The notes: generated by a model from the sequence alone, not told the origin. Positions 1 to 12,519 are shown, counted from the first letter of the stretch. The stretch: 60,000 nucleotides of DNA from Mobula hypostoma (GCF_963921235.1 NC_086108.1:29700001-29760000); one strand, 5' to 3'. Made by a program: numbers and translations.

Positions 1-162
1 AAATTTGAATGTTTGGGGAATTATTTCTTATTTGGGAATATTTTGCTGAGGCCCAGCATTATTCTCAAACTTTATTGCCATACAGTCAAAAAAAAGGAAC
101 TAATTTACAGATCCTTGTGAAGTAATTACTCAGAGCAGCCTAGCTTGGCATGAAGGTAAAAG

Positions 163-297
163 ACAAACACAGAGATTCTGCAAATGCTGGAATTTTAGAG
201 TAATACACACAAAATCCTGGAGGAACTCAGCAGGCTGAGCAGCATCTACAGAGAGGAATAAATAGTTGACATTTTAGGCCAAGACCCCTCATCAGGC
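163..297 (-). mobile_element. Penelope-like element (PLE) terminal fragment with degenerate hammerhead motif
   Basis: Shares the ctgcagatgctgg...ggaggaactcagcagg...gcagcatct...ttcatcagg module with about 10 other copies in the window. Minus strand reads CTGATGA-ggggtcttggcct-AAAATGTC. Confidence 0.75.
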
Positions 298-407
298 TAA
301 AAATAATGAATATAAAAGAAATAGAAAATAAAATGAATAAAGGTAAAAATGAAGATAAAAGAACTCTGTTCCCTAGTAATGTTTCCTAGGCAACATCATA
401 GCATAAT

Positions 408-1206
408 GAAGAGAAAATCTACAGATGCTGGAAATCCAAGCAACAGGCACAAAATGCTGGAGAAACTCAGCATCTCTGGAAAAGTGTAAACAGTTGATGT
501 TTCAGGCAGAGACTCTTCATCAGGACTGGTTAAAACAAAAGATGAGAAGTCAGAGCAAGAAGGTGGAGGGAGGGGAGGAAGAAATACAGGGTGGTAGCTG
601 ATAGGTGAAACCGGGAGAGGGCGATGTAAAGTGCTGGGAAGTTGACTGGTGAAAGAGATAAAGGGTTAGAGAAGGGGGAATCTGATAGGAGACGGTAGAA
701 GACTATGGAAGTAAGGGAAGGGGGAGGAGTATCAAAGGGAGGAGATGGGCAAGTAAAGAAATAAGTTGAGAGAGGGAAATGGGAATGGGGAATGCTGAAG
801 GAGAAGATGAGGCAATTACCAGAAGTTTGAGAAATCAATATTCATGCCATCAGGTTGGAGATTACTCAGACAGAATATAAGGTGTTGCTCCTCCAACCTG
901 AGTAAGGTCTCTTTGTAGCGGTAAGGGAGGACATGGACTGATATGTCAGAATGGGAATGGGAAGTAGAATCGAAATGGGTGGCCACCAGAAGATCCCATT
1001 TTTCTGGTGGACGGAGCATAGGTGCTTGTGAAGCAGTACCCCAAACTATGTTGGGTCTGACCTATATATAGGAGGCCACAGTGGGAACACTGGGTACAGT
1101 CGATGACCATTACAGACTCAGTTCACCTGGAAGGACTGTTTGGGGCCTTGAATGGTGGTGAGGGAGGAGGTGTAGAGGCAGGTATAGAACCAATTTGGAA
1201 AATTAA
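408..1206 (-). mobile_element. 5'-truncated Penelope-like retroelement (GIY-YIG C-terminus, 3' region, hammerhead-bearing end) with 16-bp TSD
   Basis: ORF 816-1019 (VATHFDSTSHSHSD...LRLEEQHLIFCLSNLQPDGMNIDF) matches the PLE GIY-YIG C-terminal signature. Perfect direct repeat aacatcatagcataat at 392-407 and 1207-1222. Confidence 0.85.
491..528 (-). ncRNA. Minimal type-I hammerhead ribozyme motif (partly decayed)
   Basis: Minus strand reads cagtc-CTGATGA-agagtctctgcct-GAAAC-ATC-aactg. Core boxes are intact, stems are weakened and the triplet is AUC. Confidence 0.55.
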
Positions 1207-1782
1207 AACATCATAGCATAATTTTGTTACAAGCCATAGAAGAACTATTGATAATAATGAACTTTTGTGTCATTATGAAGTACAACAGGAATCTGAATTC
1301 ATGCAAGTGGACTAAACAAAAGGGGGCAGAATTGTGGCTCGGAGTTTGAGATGTGGATTATACTGCAGAGGGAAGCATGCCAGTAATCATAACCTTTTTT
1401 ATTTATTTGAACACACGCAGAACAACCCTGATAAACCAGCAGTTTGAGCGAACATTGGAGGGCAGCACCATGCAAATACTAGAGGGCAGCACTGCACCAA
1501 TCGGAGGGGGCCAGCCCCCAGCCTAGTACGAAATTCAGCAGCAGGCAGCCAGCTCTGATGTCTCATTCACCGGTAACCCTTAAAAGGGACTCCAAGGCAT
1601 ATGGGCCTTGTCCTCGCCACAACTGAGGCAACACAGCTGTCATTTTCACCAATGAATCAGTTAGCCAGGCTTGCAGTATTCTATGTTAACAATGTTGAAC
1701 AGGGTCTTGTAATCACAATAAAAAGCCTCTGAGTCGGTAGGTTGTGGGTTCTAGTGAAATCGGAGCACAAATCTCCCCAGTA

Positions 1783-1983
1783 CAGGCCCTCCCCAGGTTA
1801 ACACAGGGTTCTATTCCTGAAAACCAGCTGTAACCCAGACAGTTTGCAAACTGGAAATGTGACTGCAGACTGAATTCCCACACACTGAAGATGCCTGCAG
1901 CCCCACAGCAATTGTCAAGTCTATCTTGCTATTTGTCTGCATGGCCTGTAATAAGTCAGGTATTTGTAACCTCGGGAGAGCTT
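1783..1983. mobile_element. Tigger/pogo-like MITE
   Basis: TA followed by caggccctccccaggttaaca at the left end, imperfect inverted tgtaacctcgggagagct at the right end. Non-coding, about 200 bp. Confidence 0.45.
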
Positions 1984-2070
1984 TCCAGCATCGAGGGAGT
2001 GATCATCAGGATGGAATGTTGAATGCCATCAGTGGAGATAACAGAACCCCTGCCACTGTTTCTTCACAGT

Positions 2071-4468
2071 AGACAATAGACAATAGGTGCAGGAGTAGGC
2101 CATTCAGCCCATCGAACCAGCACCGCCATTCACTGTGATCATGGCTGATCATCCACAATCAATATCCAGTTCCTGCCTTATCCCCACAACCTTTGATTCC
2201 ACTATCTTTAAGAGCTCTATCCATCTCCATCTTGAAAGCATCCAGAGACTTGGCCTCCACTGCTTTCTGGGGCAGAGCATTCCACATATGCACCACTCTC
2301 TGGGTGAAAAAGTTCTTCCTCAACTCTGTTCTAAATGGCCTACCCCTTATTCTTAAACTGTGGCCTTTGGTTCTGGACTCACCCATCAGCGGGAACATGC
2401 TTTCTGCCTCCAGCATGTCCAATCCCTTAATAATCTTATATGTTTCAATCAGATCCCCTCTCATCCTTCTGAATTCCAGTGTATACAAGCCCAGTCGCTC
2501 CAATCTTTCAATATATGATAGTCCCGCCATCCCGGGAATTAACCTTTTGAACCTATACTGCACACCCTCAATAGCAAGAATTCCTTCCTCAAATTTGGAG
2601 ACCGAAACTGCACACAATACTCCAGGTGTGGTCTCACCAGGGCCCTGTACAGCTGCAGAAGGACCTCTTTGCTCTTATACTCAATTCCCCTTGTTATGAA
2701 GGCCAGCATGCCATTAGCTTTCTTCACTGCCTGCTGTACCTGCATGCTTGCTTTCAGTGACTGATGTACAAGAACACCTAGATCTCATTGTACTTCCCCT
2801 TTTCCTAACTTGACTCTATTTAGATAATAATCTGCCTTCCTGTTCTTACCACCAAAGTGGATAACCTCACATTTATCCACATTCAACTGCATCTGCCATG
2901 CATCTGCCCACTCACCCAGCCTGTCCAAGTCACCCTGCATTCTCATAACATCCTCCTCACATTTCACACTGCCACCCAGCTTTGTGTCATCTGCAAATTT
3001 GCTAATGTTACTTTTAATCCCTTCATCTAAATCATTAGTATATATTGCAAACAGCTACGGTCCCAGCACTGAACCCTGCGGTACCCCACTGGTCACCGCC
3101 TGCCATTCTGAAAGGGACCTATTAATCTTCGTTTCCTGTCAGCCAGCCAATTTTCAATCCATGTCAGTACTCTGCCCCCAATACCATGTGCCCTCATTTT
3201 GCCCACTAATCTCCTATGTGGGACTTTATCAAAGGCTTTCTGAAAGTCCAGGTACACTGCACCTACTGGCTCTCTCTTGTCCATTTTCATAGTTACATCC
3301 TCAAAAAATTCCAGAAGATTAGTCAAGCATGACTTCCCCTTCATAAATCCATGCTGACTCGGACCTATCCTGTTACTGCTATCCAAATGTGATGTAATTT
3401 CATCTTTTATAATTGACTCCAGCATCTTTCCCACCACTGACGTCAGGCTAACTGGTCTCTAATTCCCTGTTTTCTCTCTTCCTCCCTTCTTGAAAAGTGG
3501 GCCAACATTAGCCACCCTCCAATCCACAGAAACTGATCCTGAATCTATAGAACATTGGAAAATGATCACCAATACGTCTACGATTTCTAAAGCCACCTCC
3601 TTAAGTACCCCGGGATGCAGACCATCAGGTCTCGGGGACTTATCAGCCTTCAGGCCCAACAGTCTATCCAACACCATTTCCTGCCCAATATAAATTTCCT
3701 TCAGTTCATCCATTACCCTAGGTCCTTTGGCCACTATTATATCTGGGAGATTGTTTGTTTCTTCCCCAGTGAAGACAGATCCAAAGTACCTGTTCAACTC
3801 ATCTGCCATTTCCTTGTTCCCATAATAAATTCACCCTTTCCTGTCTTCAAGGGCCCAATTTTGGTCTTAACTATTTTTTTTTCCTTTTCACATACCTAAA
3901 GAAGCTTTTACTATCCTCCTTTATATTCTTGGCTAGTTTACCTTCGTATCTCATTTTTTCTCTGCATATTACCTTTTTTGTTATCTTCTGTTGCTCTTTA
4001 AAAGTTTTCCAATCCTCTGGCTTCCCACTCATTTTTGCTATGTTATACTTCTCTTTTATCTTTATACTGTCCTTTACTTCCCTTGTCAGCCATGGCCTCC
4101 CCTTACTCCCCTTAGGAGCTTTTTCCCTCTTTGGAATGAACTGATTCTGCACCTTCTGCATTATTCCTAGAAATACCTGCCATTGTTGTTCCACTGTCAT
4201 CACTGCTAGGGTATCTCTCCAGTGAACTTTGGCCAGCTCCTCCCTCATGGCTCCATATTTCCCTTTGTACAACTGTAATACTGACACTTCCAATTTTCCC
4301 TTCTCGCTCTCAATTTGTAGATTAAAACTTATCATATTATGGTCACTACCTCCTAATGGCTCCTTTACCTCGAGGTCCCTGATCAAATCCGGTTCATTGC
4401 ACAACACTAAATTTAGAATTGCCTTCTCTCTGGTAGGCTCCAGTACAAGCTGTTCCAAGAATCCATCA
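2071..4468 (-). mobile_element. 5'-truncated CR1 LINE (ORF2 endonuclease end plus RT, frameshifted)
   Basis: ORFs contain LGGSDHNMISF, KSPRPDGLHP, QHGFMKGKSCLTNLLEFFE, YLDFQKAFDKVPH and LVRPHLEYCVQF. The 3' tail is a (ctattgt)n repeat at 2071-2086. Confidence 0.95.
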
Positions 4469-4659
4469 TTCTAGGAATGTTTAGAAGACAACAGGCAAAT
4501 TGATTCTCCTGTCCTGACCACTCTTTTTCCACAAATGAATATCATATTATCTGATAGTCAGTAGTCATTGGGAACATGCTGTGAGGAAAGTGTACAGGTT
4601 TCTACAGTACAACTGCATAATGCACTTTCTACATGGCTTCAAAGAGAAATGAAAATAAA

Positions 4660-4762
4660 TAAAATATGCAGATGCTAGAAATCTGAAATAAAAACAGGGA
4701 GTGCTAGAAACACTCAGCAGATCAGGCTGTGGAGAGAGAAGCGGTGTTAACTTTTTAGGTAA
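4660..4762 (-). mobile_element. PLE terminal fragment (older subfamily)
   Basis: tgcagatgctagaaatctgaaataaaaacag..gtgctagaaacactcagcag..tcagg module. Confidence 0.6.
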
Positions 4763-4949
4763 GAATGGACAGAGTCCTGGACTTTTAACTTTGACTCCAT
4801 ATGACTTCGGCGGCCATGAAAATCCCAGTCGTTGCTTTTCAATGTCATTGTAGGTGTGTAGCCAATTCCCTTAGGAGTTAACCTTAGTCGCTTGGCTCTG
4901 GTATAATTATTGTCTGTTGTAGAAACCCATGGCTTCCATATCGAACAGG

Positions 4950-5950
4950 GAGAATTATTTTTGTTTCGAAGAGCTTTGATTTGATGGCTCCCGGCTACTG
5001 CTAGTTAATTGTGTTTGCCCTGTCTCTTTAAGTGGGCGCTTGTTCACTGCTTCACTCTGAGCTAAGTAAATGGAAATAGCAGGCTGTTTGGAGCGGCACA
5101 GCGGTACCTCGCCTCGCACTGCAGCGTCTGGGAGCTTGAGCCGCAGGCGCTGGGAACAGAGAGCGACCAAAAGTCAGCCGGCAAATGAAGGGCAAAAGGA
5201 CAGCTTCTATCCCAGAGCAATGGAAAGTCTCCTTCTTGACCATCAGGTGAGTGTCGACAGTCCTCACCTACTGCAACGGCACGGCGACTCGTTTCCTTTC
5301 ACTCCAATTAAAATTTGGGTATCTGTAAATAAACACTTCTCCTAACCTTAATTACAATTCCCTTTGCAGGAACTGCCCCACAAGGCATTAATTTATGGTT
5401 TTAAAAAATACGCAGGTTGCAAAGCTAGCGTTAATATTATTCCAATATTTGGCAATTAGCTTTTGCTTTGCACCTGGGGTTACTTAGCATTTCGTCAATA
5501 ATTTGCCAGTTTTTCAGACCCCTCCAGTGCACTGGTACTGTTGCTGAACTCGCATCCCACGATTTGTTAATGACAACATCCCATCCCTATTTAATCTCAT
5601 TTTGGCGATGATTAATCCACCTTTTGCGGTTGATTTTAAAATTCTCCTAGGAGCAGTGTTGGCGCAGTATGCGATTTTTTTTGTCATTCCACCTTGAGTT
5701 CAAAATGCGCTTATTTCCTCGTTAGTGATGAGAGGAACGCGTTTCCTGTGTTTAGATGTACACCCCAAAGCGGAATCTAACAAGATATTTCTCAGCCGGG
5801 AGTTATTTAACGTTGTCCCACGGTGGGGTTCGGTTTAAAAGTTGATGCAATTCAGTGCAACTTGAATCTAGTAACTTGAACACAAATTGAAATTATTTAC
5901 TGAAAAGGACTGCTTACTGAGTGATGCCTTTGCTTCGACGAACTATATGA
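4950..5950 (+). promoter_or_regulatory. CpG-enriched putative promoter / first-exon region
   Basis: Repeat-free and visibly richer in CpG than the flanks (gagcggcacagcggtacctcgcctcgcactgcagcgtc...). Contains a consensus splice donor at 5247. Confidence 0.55.
5220..5246 (+). CDS. Putative coding part of a host first exon (MESLLLDHQ, phase-0 donor); gene unidentified
   Basis: agagcaATGG (purine at -3, G at +4) followed in frame by CAG|GTGAGT at 5246/5247. Could instead be a 5' UTR exon. Confidence 0.35.
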
Positions 5951-6046
5951 TTGACATTTTCCAGTACTGAATGGAATTTGCACTTCCTTTACTTTTAAGA
6001 GTACAGACAGAAGTCGTCTAATTTCTGATGAATCAAGTACCTTTTG

Positions 6047-6062
6047 GGCGCCCCCTACTGAC
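6047..6062 (-). promoter_or_regulatory. CTCF-like motif
   Basis: Minus strand gtcagtagggggcgcc is close to the CCASYAGRKGGCRS core. Confidence 0.4.
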
Positions 6063-6214
6063 AACTTTAAGCTACCATGTTTCTGTATAGCTGGCGGAGC
6101 CAGTTAGTTGCTGGAGGCTTTTGGAATAAAGCAAAGCTATTCAGACGGGAATTTTTCTCCGTTCAACTCGTTCTTGACTGGTCAGTGTCTGCCTCAGTCA
6201 GTCATAAATAGTGG

Positions 6215-6535
6215 GGAGGATGTTTCCAGTAGTGCGAGAGTTACGGACGGGACAACATGGCCTCAGAATAGAAGGATGTTCCTTTAGTACAGAGTTGAGG
6301 AATTTCTTTAGCCTGAGGATTGTGAATCTGTGGAGTTCATGGTCATCGAGGCATGTCACTAGGCATGTTTAAAATGGAGGATGATGGGTTCTCGATTAGT
6401 AAGGGTGTCAAAGATTACAAGAAGAAGGCAGAATTATAGGGTTGAGAGGGAAGATAAACCAGCCATGATCAAATGGCAAGGTAGATTTGATGGGCCGAAT
6501 GGCCTGATTCTACTTCTATTTCTTGTGGTTTTATT
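6215..6535 (+). mobile_element. CR1 3' end fragment
   Basis: ggatgtttcc..gaggaatttctttag..gtgaatctgtgg..gatgggccgaatggcct..tattt 3' UTR pattern shared with the other CR1 ends. Confidence 0.85.
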
Positions 6536-7515
6536 TTTCTTGTCACCCACTCAATTATCCTGCATCGTCGACAGATCTTCTCTGGATCATCTCAGACAGT
6601 TCAACTCTGTTGTTATCACCTGTGCCACTTCCCTTTCCCTTGCAACACTATCAGAGGAGCAGTTCTCTCTGACTTCTATTGGGCAGATCTGTGTCATTGG
6701 AACACCTTTGATCTGGTAGGTTCTTGGGCATAATCTTCCCAATAAGCTATCTGCTGCCTGGGCCCTGCAAGAGCCTGTTCTTGATTTCACCAGCCTGTTT
6801 CTGATCGGGATCCTTCTCTGGGCTAGATTGACTCATGGCCAACTCACCCAGCACACAGTCCGGTGGATTTGAGGAGTGGCCTCACCAGTTCAAATCGAAG
6901 GGTGGCAGCCGAGGTAAGGGGTTTGAGACAAAACAAGGTAAACTGCCTGGTGCCTCTGACATCCATCATCGTGAGTGCTTCGAGAAACTGATTACAACAC
7001 ACATCAGCTCCAGTTTCCAGACAGCCTCGACCCTCTGCAATTTGCCTGTTGTCGGATGGTGAAGTCCATCTATCTGGCCTTGCACTCATCCCTGGAGCAT
7101 CTGGATAGGAACGGCATGTACAGAGACTATTGTTTATTGACTACAGTTCCACCTTATTATAATTCCAAGCAAACTCATCTCAGACTCTGAGATCTGGGAG
7201 TCAGCATCTCCCTCTGGAACCAGATCACAGACTTCCTGCAATCGGTAAGAGGCACGATTGTTCTTGTCACTGTTCCTCCACAAGATGGTGTCCTCAGGCT
7301 GTACTCTACCACCTGGATACTCAGGACTGCATAGCCAGATCCTGCTTTTGCTCAGTTCGTAGGTTTGCAGATGAAGCCACTGTCGTGGGCTGTATCTCGT
7401 GTAACAGTGAGTAGAAATACAGGAAGGACATGGAGAGCTCAGTGATTTGGTGTCATGGCAACAACCTTTCCCTCAGTGTCAGCGAAACAAAAGAGCTGGA
7501 CGTTGACATCAGGAA

Positions 7516-8828
7516 GATTCAAAATTGTTTAATGTTATTTCCTGCACGCAATCGTAAAGGGGAACAAGTAATTGTTACTACTGATCTGATGCAGCACAAA
7601 AATGCACAATAAGATAAAGAACACAATAATAATGAAAAAACACTGAATAAATACATAAGATAACGTATGTATTCTATATCCATAAAGTGACGCTAGGCAA
7701 TCAAGTGTCTGTGCAGTACATTAGGTAACTGCCAGGAACAGATAAAATAGTGGCGGATGGGAGTGAGTAAGGGTGAGTTCGTGGGTGGAGATGTTGATCA
7801 GCTTTATTGTTTGGGGAAAGTAGCTATTTTTGAGTCTGGTGATCCTGACGTGGTTGCTATATAACCTCCTCCCTGATGAGAGTGGGGCAAACAGTCCATG
7901 GGCATTGTGGATGGGATCCTTCAAGATGTTACTGGCCCTTTTCTTGCATCTCTATCTCTATCTCTATCTCTATCTCTATCTCTATCTCTATCTCTATCTC
8001 TATCTCTATCTCTATCTCTATCTCTATCTCTATCTCTATCTCTATCTCTATCTCTATCTCTATCTCTATCTCTATCTCTATCTCTATCTCTATCTCTATC
8101 TCTATCTCTATCTCTATCTCTATCTCTATCTCTATCTCTATCTCTATCTCTATCTCTATCTCTATCTCTATCTCTATCTCTATCTCTATCTCATATATTA
8201 TGTGAGTATAGATGTGCAGATCCCAGATCTCTTCAGCCTCCTCAAAGCAGAGGCTTTGGTGAGTTTTCCTGATTGTGTAGAATGTGTTGTGGGACCATGA
8301 GAGTTTGTGCAAGATGTGCGCTCCCAGGAGTTTGAAACTCTTTGCAGTGTCCACTACTGCACCGTTGTTAGTGATCAGCCCCACCGTTGTCATGCCATCC
8401 GCAAACTCAATCATGTGATTACGCCAGTATTTGGTCGTGCATTCGTGTATGAGCAGAGTGTACAGCAATGGGCTCGGCATACAGCCCTGGGAGGTACCCT
8501 TGCTGAGGATGATAGGGAGGGAGGAGCGGTTGTGCATCTTGATGGCAGAGGTCTGTTGGTTAGGAAGTCCAAAACAGTTGTATGATGGTGTATTTGGAAT
8601 GAGGAGTGGGAGTTTGTTCACCAAGGTCTGTGGGCTAATGGTGTTGAATGCTGAACTGAAATCCAGGAACGATATTCTGACATAAGTATCCTTGTTTTCT
8701 CGGTGTGTCAGGGCCAAGTGCATCACCAAAGCTATGGTATTGGCCATAGAGTGGTGATGTTGGTAAGCATATTGGTAAGTGTCCAATGTGGCAGGAATAG
8801 TGTTTCCCCATGTGCCATTACCAGCCAT
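7516..8828 (-). mobile_element. Rex1/Babar LINE fragment (RT plus 3' end) containing a hexamer microsatellite
   Basis: LDTYQYAY, YVRISFLDFSSAFNTI, GTSQGCMPSPLLYTL, FADGMTTVGLI and LSSGRRL..RLKNSYFPQTIKL. Confidence 0.85.
7951..8190 (+). repeat. (TCTATC)n microsatellite, about 40 perfect units
   Basis: Directly visible as 240 bp of uninterrupted repeat. Confidence 0.98.
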
Positions 8829-9859
8829 AGAAGGGGAGTGTGAAAGTGCTCCTGTTTTTGTCAATGGTACTAATGTTGTCAGCTTCAAGTTTGTGGAAGT
8901 GAACATCACTAGTAGCCTATCTGGTCTAACTACATAAATGCCACGGTCAAGAAAGCTTGCCAACACCTCTCCTTCCTCAGGAGGGTAAAGAAGTTTGGCA
9001 TATTCCCTGTTGATCCTCACCAATTTTTACTGATGCACTATAGAAAGCATCCAATCTGCATGCATCACAGTTTGGTATGGCAACTGCTCTAACTGTACCT
9101 GCAAACAGCCGCAGAGATTCGTGAGCATGAGCACACTTCAGTACATCATGGACACGAGCCTCCCCTCCATGGACTCGGTCTATACTTGTTGCCTCAGTAA
9201 AGCAAACAGCATAATCGAAGATCCCACCTGTTCTCTGCTTTCCCTCCTGTCGGGCAGAAGATACAGCTGTCTGAAACTATGTACCACCAGACTCGGGTGG
9301 CTTCTACCCACTTTTAAAAACTATTGTATGTTCCTCTAATACAATAAAATGGACACTTGACTGGTCAGTCTACCTTGTTATGATCTTGCATCTTATTTAG
9401 CTGCCGACACAATCTGTGCCATTTTTTTCTGCATTCTTTTATTTGTTTACCTTGTGGTATCTCAATGCACTACATGATAATTTGATCTTCATTTACAGTA
9501 TGCCAGGCAATCTTTTCACTATCTCGGTACAAGTGACAATACAATTGGAATTCTGCCTGCCTGTGTGCCTCCCAGAGTCTGGCTATAGCAGAAAATGGAG
9601 GAAAAGCCAACACAAATAAGACTGGAATATCCCACGAATTTGCAGCCTTTGGAATATCATGCTCTGGAGAATTCAGAGCCCTGTCCATTTCCCTGGGATT
9701 AATAAATAACAATGGGCATTGAGACTGATAAATTGGGGGAGGGGTGGTACGTTTGGGGGGGGGGTGGGGGGGTGAGGGGGGTGAATGGTAAGAAACCAGC
9801 AGAGGCATATTAGACTATCTGGTGCATTATCACTTGGTCCATTTCTGACACCACCTTCC

Positions 9860-11080
9860 CCTTTCCGATCTCCACCTCTGGAAACGAACTATCAACCGAC
9901 ATCTTTTACTTCCATGGTTGTCCTGACTATACTTCCCACCCTGTCCCCTGTAAAAATGCTATTCCCTTTTCTCACTTCCTTCATCTCTGCCGACTCTGTT
10001 CCCAGGATACAGCTTTCCTTTGCAGGAAATCAGATGCTCTCCTTCTCCATTCTTTGGCGTTTCCCTTACTCCAGCATTGGTGCTACCTTCACCCACATCT
10101 CCATTTCCCATACATCTACGCTTACCAAATCTTCCCACCGCCATAAACAGTGATATTTCTCTAGCCCGCATGAGCCTCTGCATCCAACACGTCATCTTCC
10201 ACAGCTTCCCCCATCTCCCAAGGGATCCTACCACAAACATATCTTTACCTCTCTCTGCTTTCCACAGGGGTCCCTCCCTCTGTGATTCTCTTGTCTATTC
10301 ATTCCTCCCTGTTAATCTCCCTCCCAGCAATAACCCTGAAAGCAGCCAAAGTGCTATACCTGCCCATGCAGGGCCGCAATTAGTCCCTTCAGGTGAGGTA
10401 ACACTTTACCAGCGAAATTTGTGATCCCAGCAGATATGTCCGGTGCTTCCAATGCATTGCTCAGATACGTCATAAATTGGGGGACTGCTTCATTGAACAC
10501 CTCTGCTCCATCTGCCAAAAGCAGGTGAGGGTGGCCCAATATTTTAATTCCAATTACCATTCCTGCTCCGACATGTCGGTCCATGGCCGCCTCTTGTGCC
10601 GCAATGAGGCCACCCCCGGTGGAGAAGCAATGCCTTGTTTTCTCTCTGGGTAGCCTCTAACCTAATGGTATGAATATCAATTTGTCTTTCTGGTTTAAAA
10701 ATAAATAATATCTCCCCTTTCCCTCTTCTTTTCCCCACTCTGGCCTCTTGCCTCTACTCACCTGCCTATCACTTCCCCACTGGGTGACTTCCTCCATTCC
10801 TTTCTCCTCCAGTCCACTCTCCTCCCCTGTATGATTCCTTCATCTCCAGCCCTTTATCTTTCCTGCCCACCTCCCTTCACTTATCACCTTCTAGCTATCC
10901 TCCTCCTCCCACCTTTTTATTTTGGTGTTTTATCCCTTCCTTTCCAGTCCTGAAGAAGGGTCTCTACCCAAAACATTGACTGTTTATTCATTTCCATAGA
11001 TGCTGCCTGACCTACTGAGTTTCTCCATTTTGTGTGCATTGCTTTGGATCTCCAGCATCTGCAGACTTTCTCCTGCTTGT
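9860..11080 (+). mobile_element. Penelope-like element 3' portion (degenerate RT C-terminus and GIY-YIG, terminal hammerhead motif)
   Basis: Homologous to the 408-1206 element. Ends cagtc-CTGAAGA-agggtctctaccc-AAAAC-ATT-gactg (10945-10982) and ccagcatctgcag. Confidence 0.85.
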
Positions 11081-11699
11081 GGTCCACTACCATTCTGTCA
11101 AACTATTAACAATACAATCTCTGCCCATCCTCCCCATTCTCCAGAGGCTTGAATGTATTTTTTCTTGCATGTCAATGGGACAAGATTTGTAATTGGAATT
11201 TGAAGTCTGTCTGCTACATGGCCTTCAGAGGGTGCTGTTCTCCATCAAATATGGACTGAGGGAAGGATGTGACAGTGGATGTGTTGGATGTGGTTTAATG
11301 TATTCCCAGTTATAGAGCAATGATTGATTTGCCACTGCATGATTTGTGACTCATTGGATCCTGTTCAGTAATGCACTCATTTGACCATGGTGGACTGAAG
11401 TATAGCAGTTTTGATGTTGAGTCTCAAAGGAGTTCCTTGTTCTGAATAATGTTCAGCACAGGCTTTGTTGGACTGGTTAGCTGAATGTGGGGGAACCTGA
11501 AAAGGAGTGTAAGCTATGGTTTTTCCATAGTACACCCTGTTACACTGCGTATCACAGGTGTAAACCCATGAGTAATGTCATCATATTGGTAACAAAAAGA
11601 TGTTCTGATGATCAGAACAACCTGAATTGAGATTGCAGTGTATGAGCAATGTTGAACTTCAATCCCACCATATCTATCCTTGCCCTGCCCCACATTCCT

Positions 11700-12100
11700 G
11701 CGTTCTGTAGGGCCCATTCCCAGGTCTATTTATCGCATTCTCTCCCTGACTTCTGCAACCAATGCAGTGGTTCAGTTGTCCCTTCACATCTCGCCTGCCA
11801 CCATTTGTGTATCTGAGCAGCCTTTTCAGTTGGGCAGAAGCTCACTTGCACCTTTTTCCAACATGACTTGCTGCATTGAATACTCATAATATGGCCTCCT
11901 CTACATTGGAAAAACCAAGTGTGGTTTCGATGACTGATTAGGGGGGTGTCTGAGCTCTCTATAGCACTGTAACTACCACACCATCCTGTCTGTTGTTCGT
12001 CTTCTCCATTGGTACAGAGAAGGTCAAATGAAAATTGGAACAACATCTTAACCCAATGTTATGAACATCTGAATTTTCTACTTTACCTCTGGTATTCTTC
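11700..12100 (+). mobile_element. Highly decayed PLE GIY-YIG fragment
   Basis: cttttcagtt..cacttgcacc..ggcctcctctacattggaaaaaccaag (GLLYIG-T-like) and aaattggaacaacatct. Confidence 0.55.
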
Positions 12101-12519
12101 TCCCCCCCCCCCACCCCCACATCGAGCTCCACCTGTCCCACTCTTCCTTTATATTGCTTTATCCAAGCAAACTTTCCTCTTCCCTTTCAGTCCTCCTTTT
12201 GCCTGCACAGATACTATTTCACCCAGTTAAGTTATAACAATGCCCTATCTATTATCTCCTCTACATTAACAAATGCAGATTGATTGAGAGATTTACAGAA
12301 CACTTTTCATCAGTCAGCAATCATTGCACAATTTTCGAGACATCTGTTCCTTATTTATAACTTTGGCCTCCTGTATCTTTCAATGATGCTCAGCACAAAC
12401 CAGACGGATAGTGTTTTTATATGACTGCTTCAATTCAATAGCAGATCTCATTTGCATCTCGATTTGCAATTTGTCTCTTTACTACTTTCATCGCCACACC
12501 TTATTTTGCTTTGCAGCAA

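Larger units (their letters stand above)
1722..4640 (+). mobile_element. Old Deu-domain SINE (SacSINE1-like) split by a MITE and a CR1 insertion; pieces at about 1722-1780, 1985-2062 and 4475-4640
   Basis: Colinear degenerate blocks gcctctgagtc..gttgtgggttc, gagggagtg, ccctgccactgttt | tgtttagaag..ttctcctgtcctg..gggaacatgctgtg resemble the recalled shark DeuSINE layout. Confidence 0.45.
6940..9545 (+). mobile_element. Rex1/Babar LINE fragment, split by an opposite-strand Rex1 insertion (pieces at about 6940-7515 and 8830-9545)
   Basis: CFEKLI, LDPLQFA, LALHSSLEHLD, FADE and ETKELDVDIRK in the left piece. The reading resumes at 8830 with VSFKFV and continues to the 3' UTR. Confidence 0.75.

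Noticed and set aside
7830..9023. Long ORFs with (LY)n, (IS)n, (SL)n or (IE)n tracts, including a 364-aa RT-like ORF
   Set aside because: These are artefacts of the stop-free (TCTATC)n microsatellite joined to Rex1 fragments of two orientations. They are not a repeat protein.
9735..9783. G-rich tract with G-quadruplex potential
   Set aside because: Poly-G runs occur throughout the window as simple low-complexity sequence, and nothing supports a specific function here.
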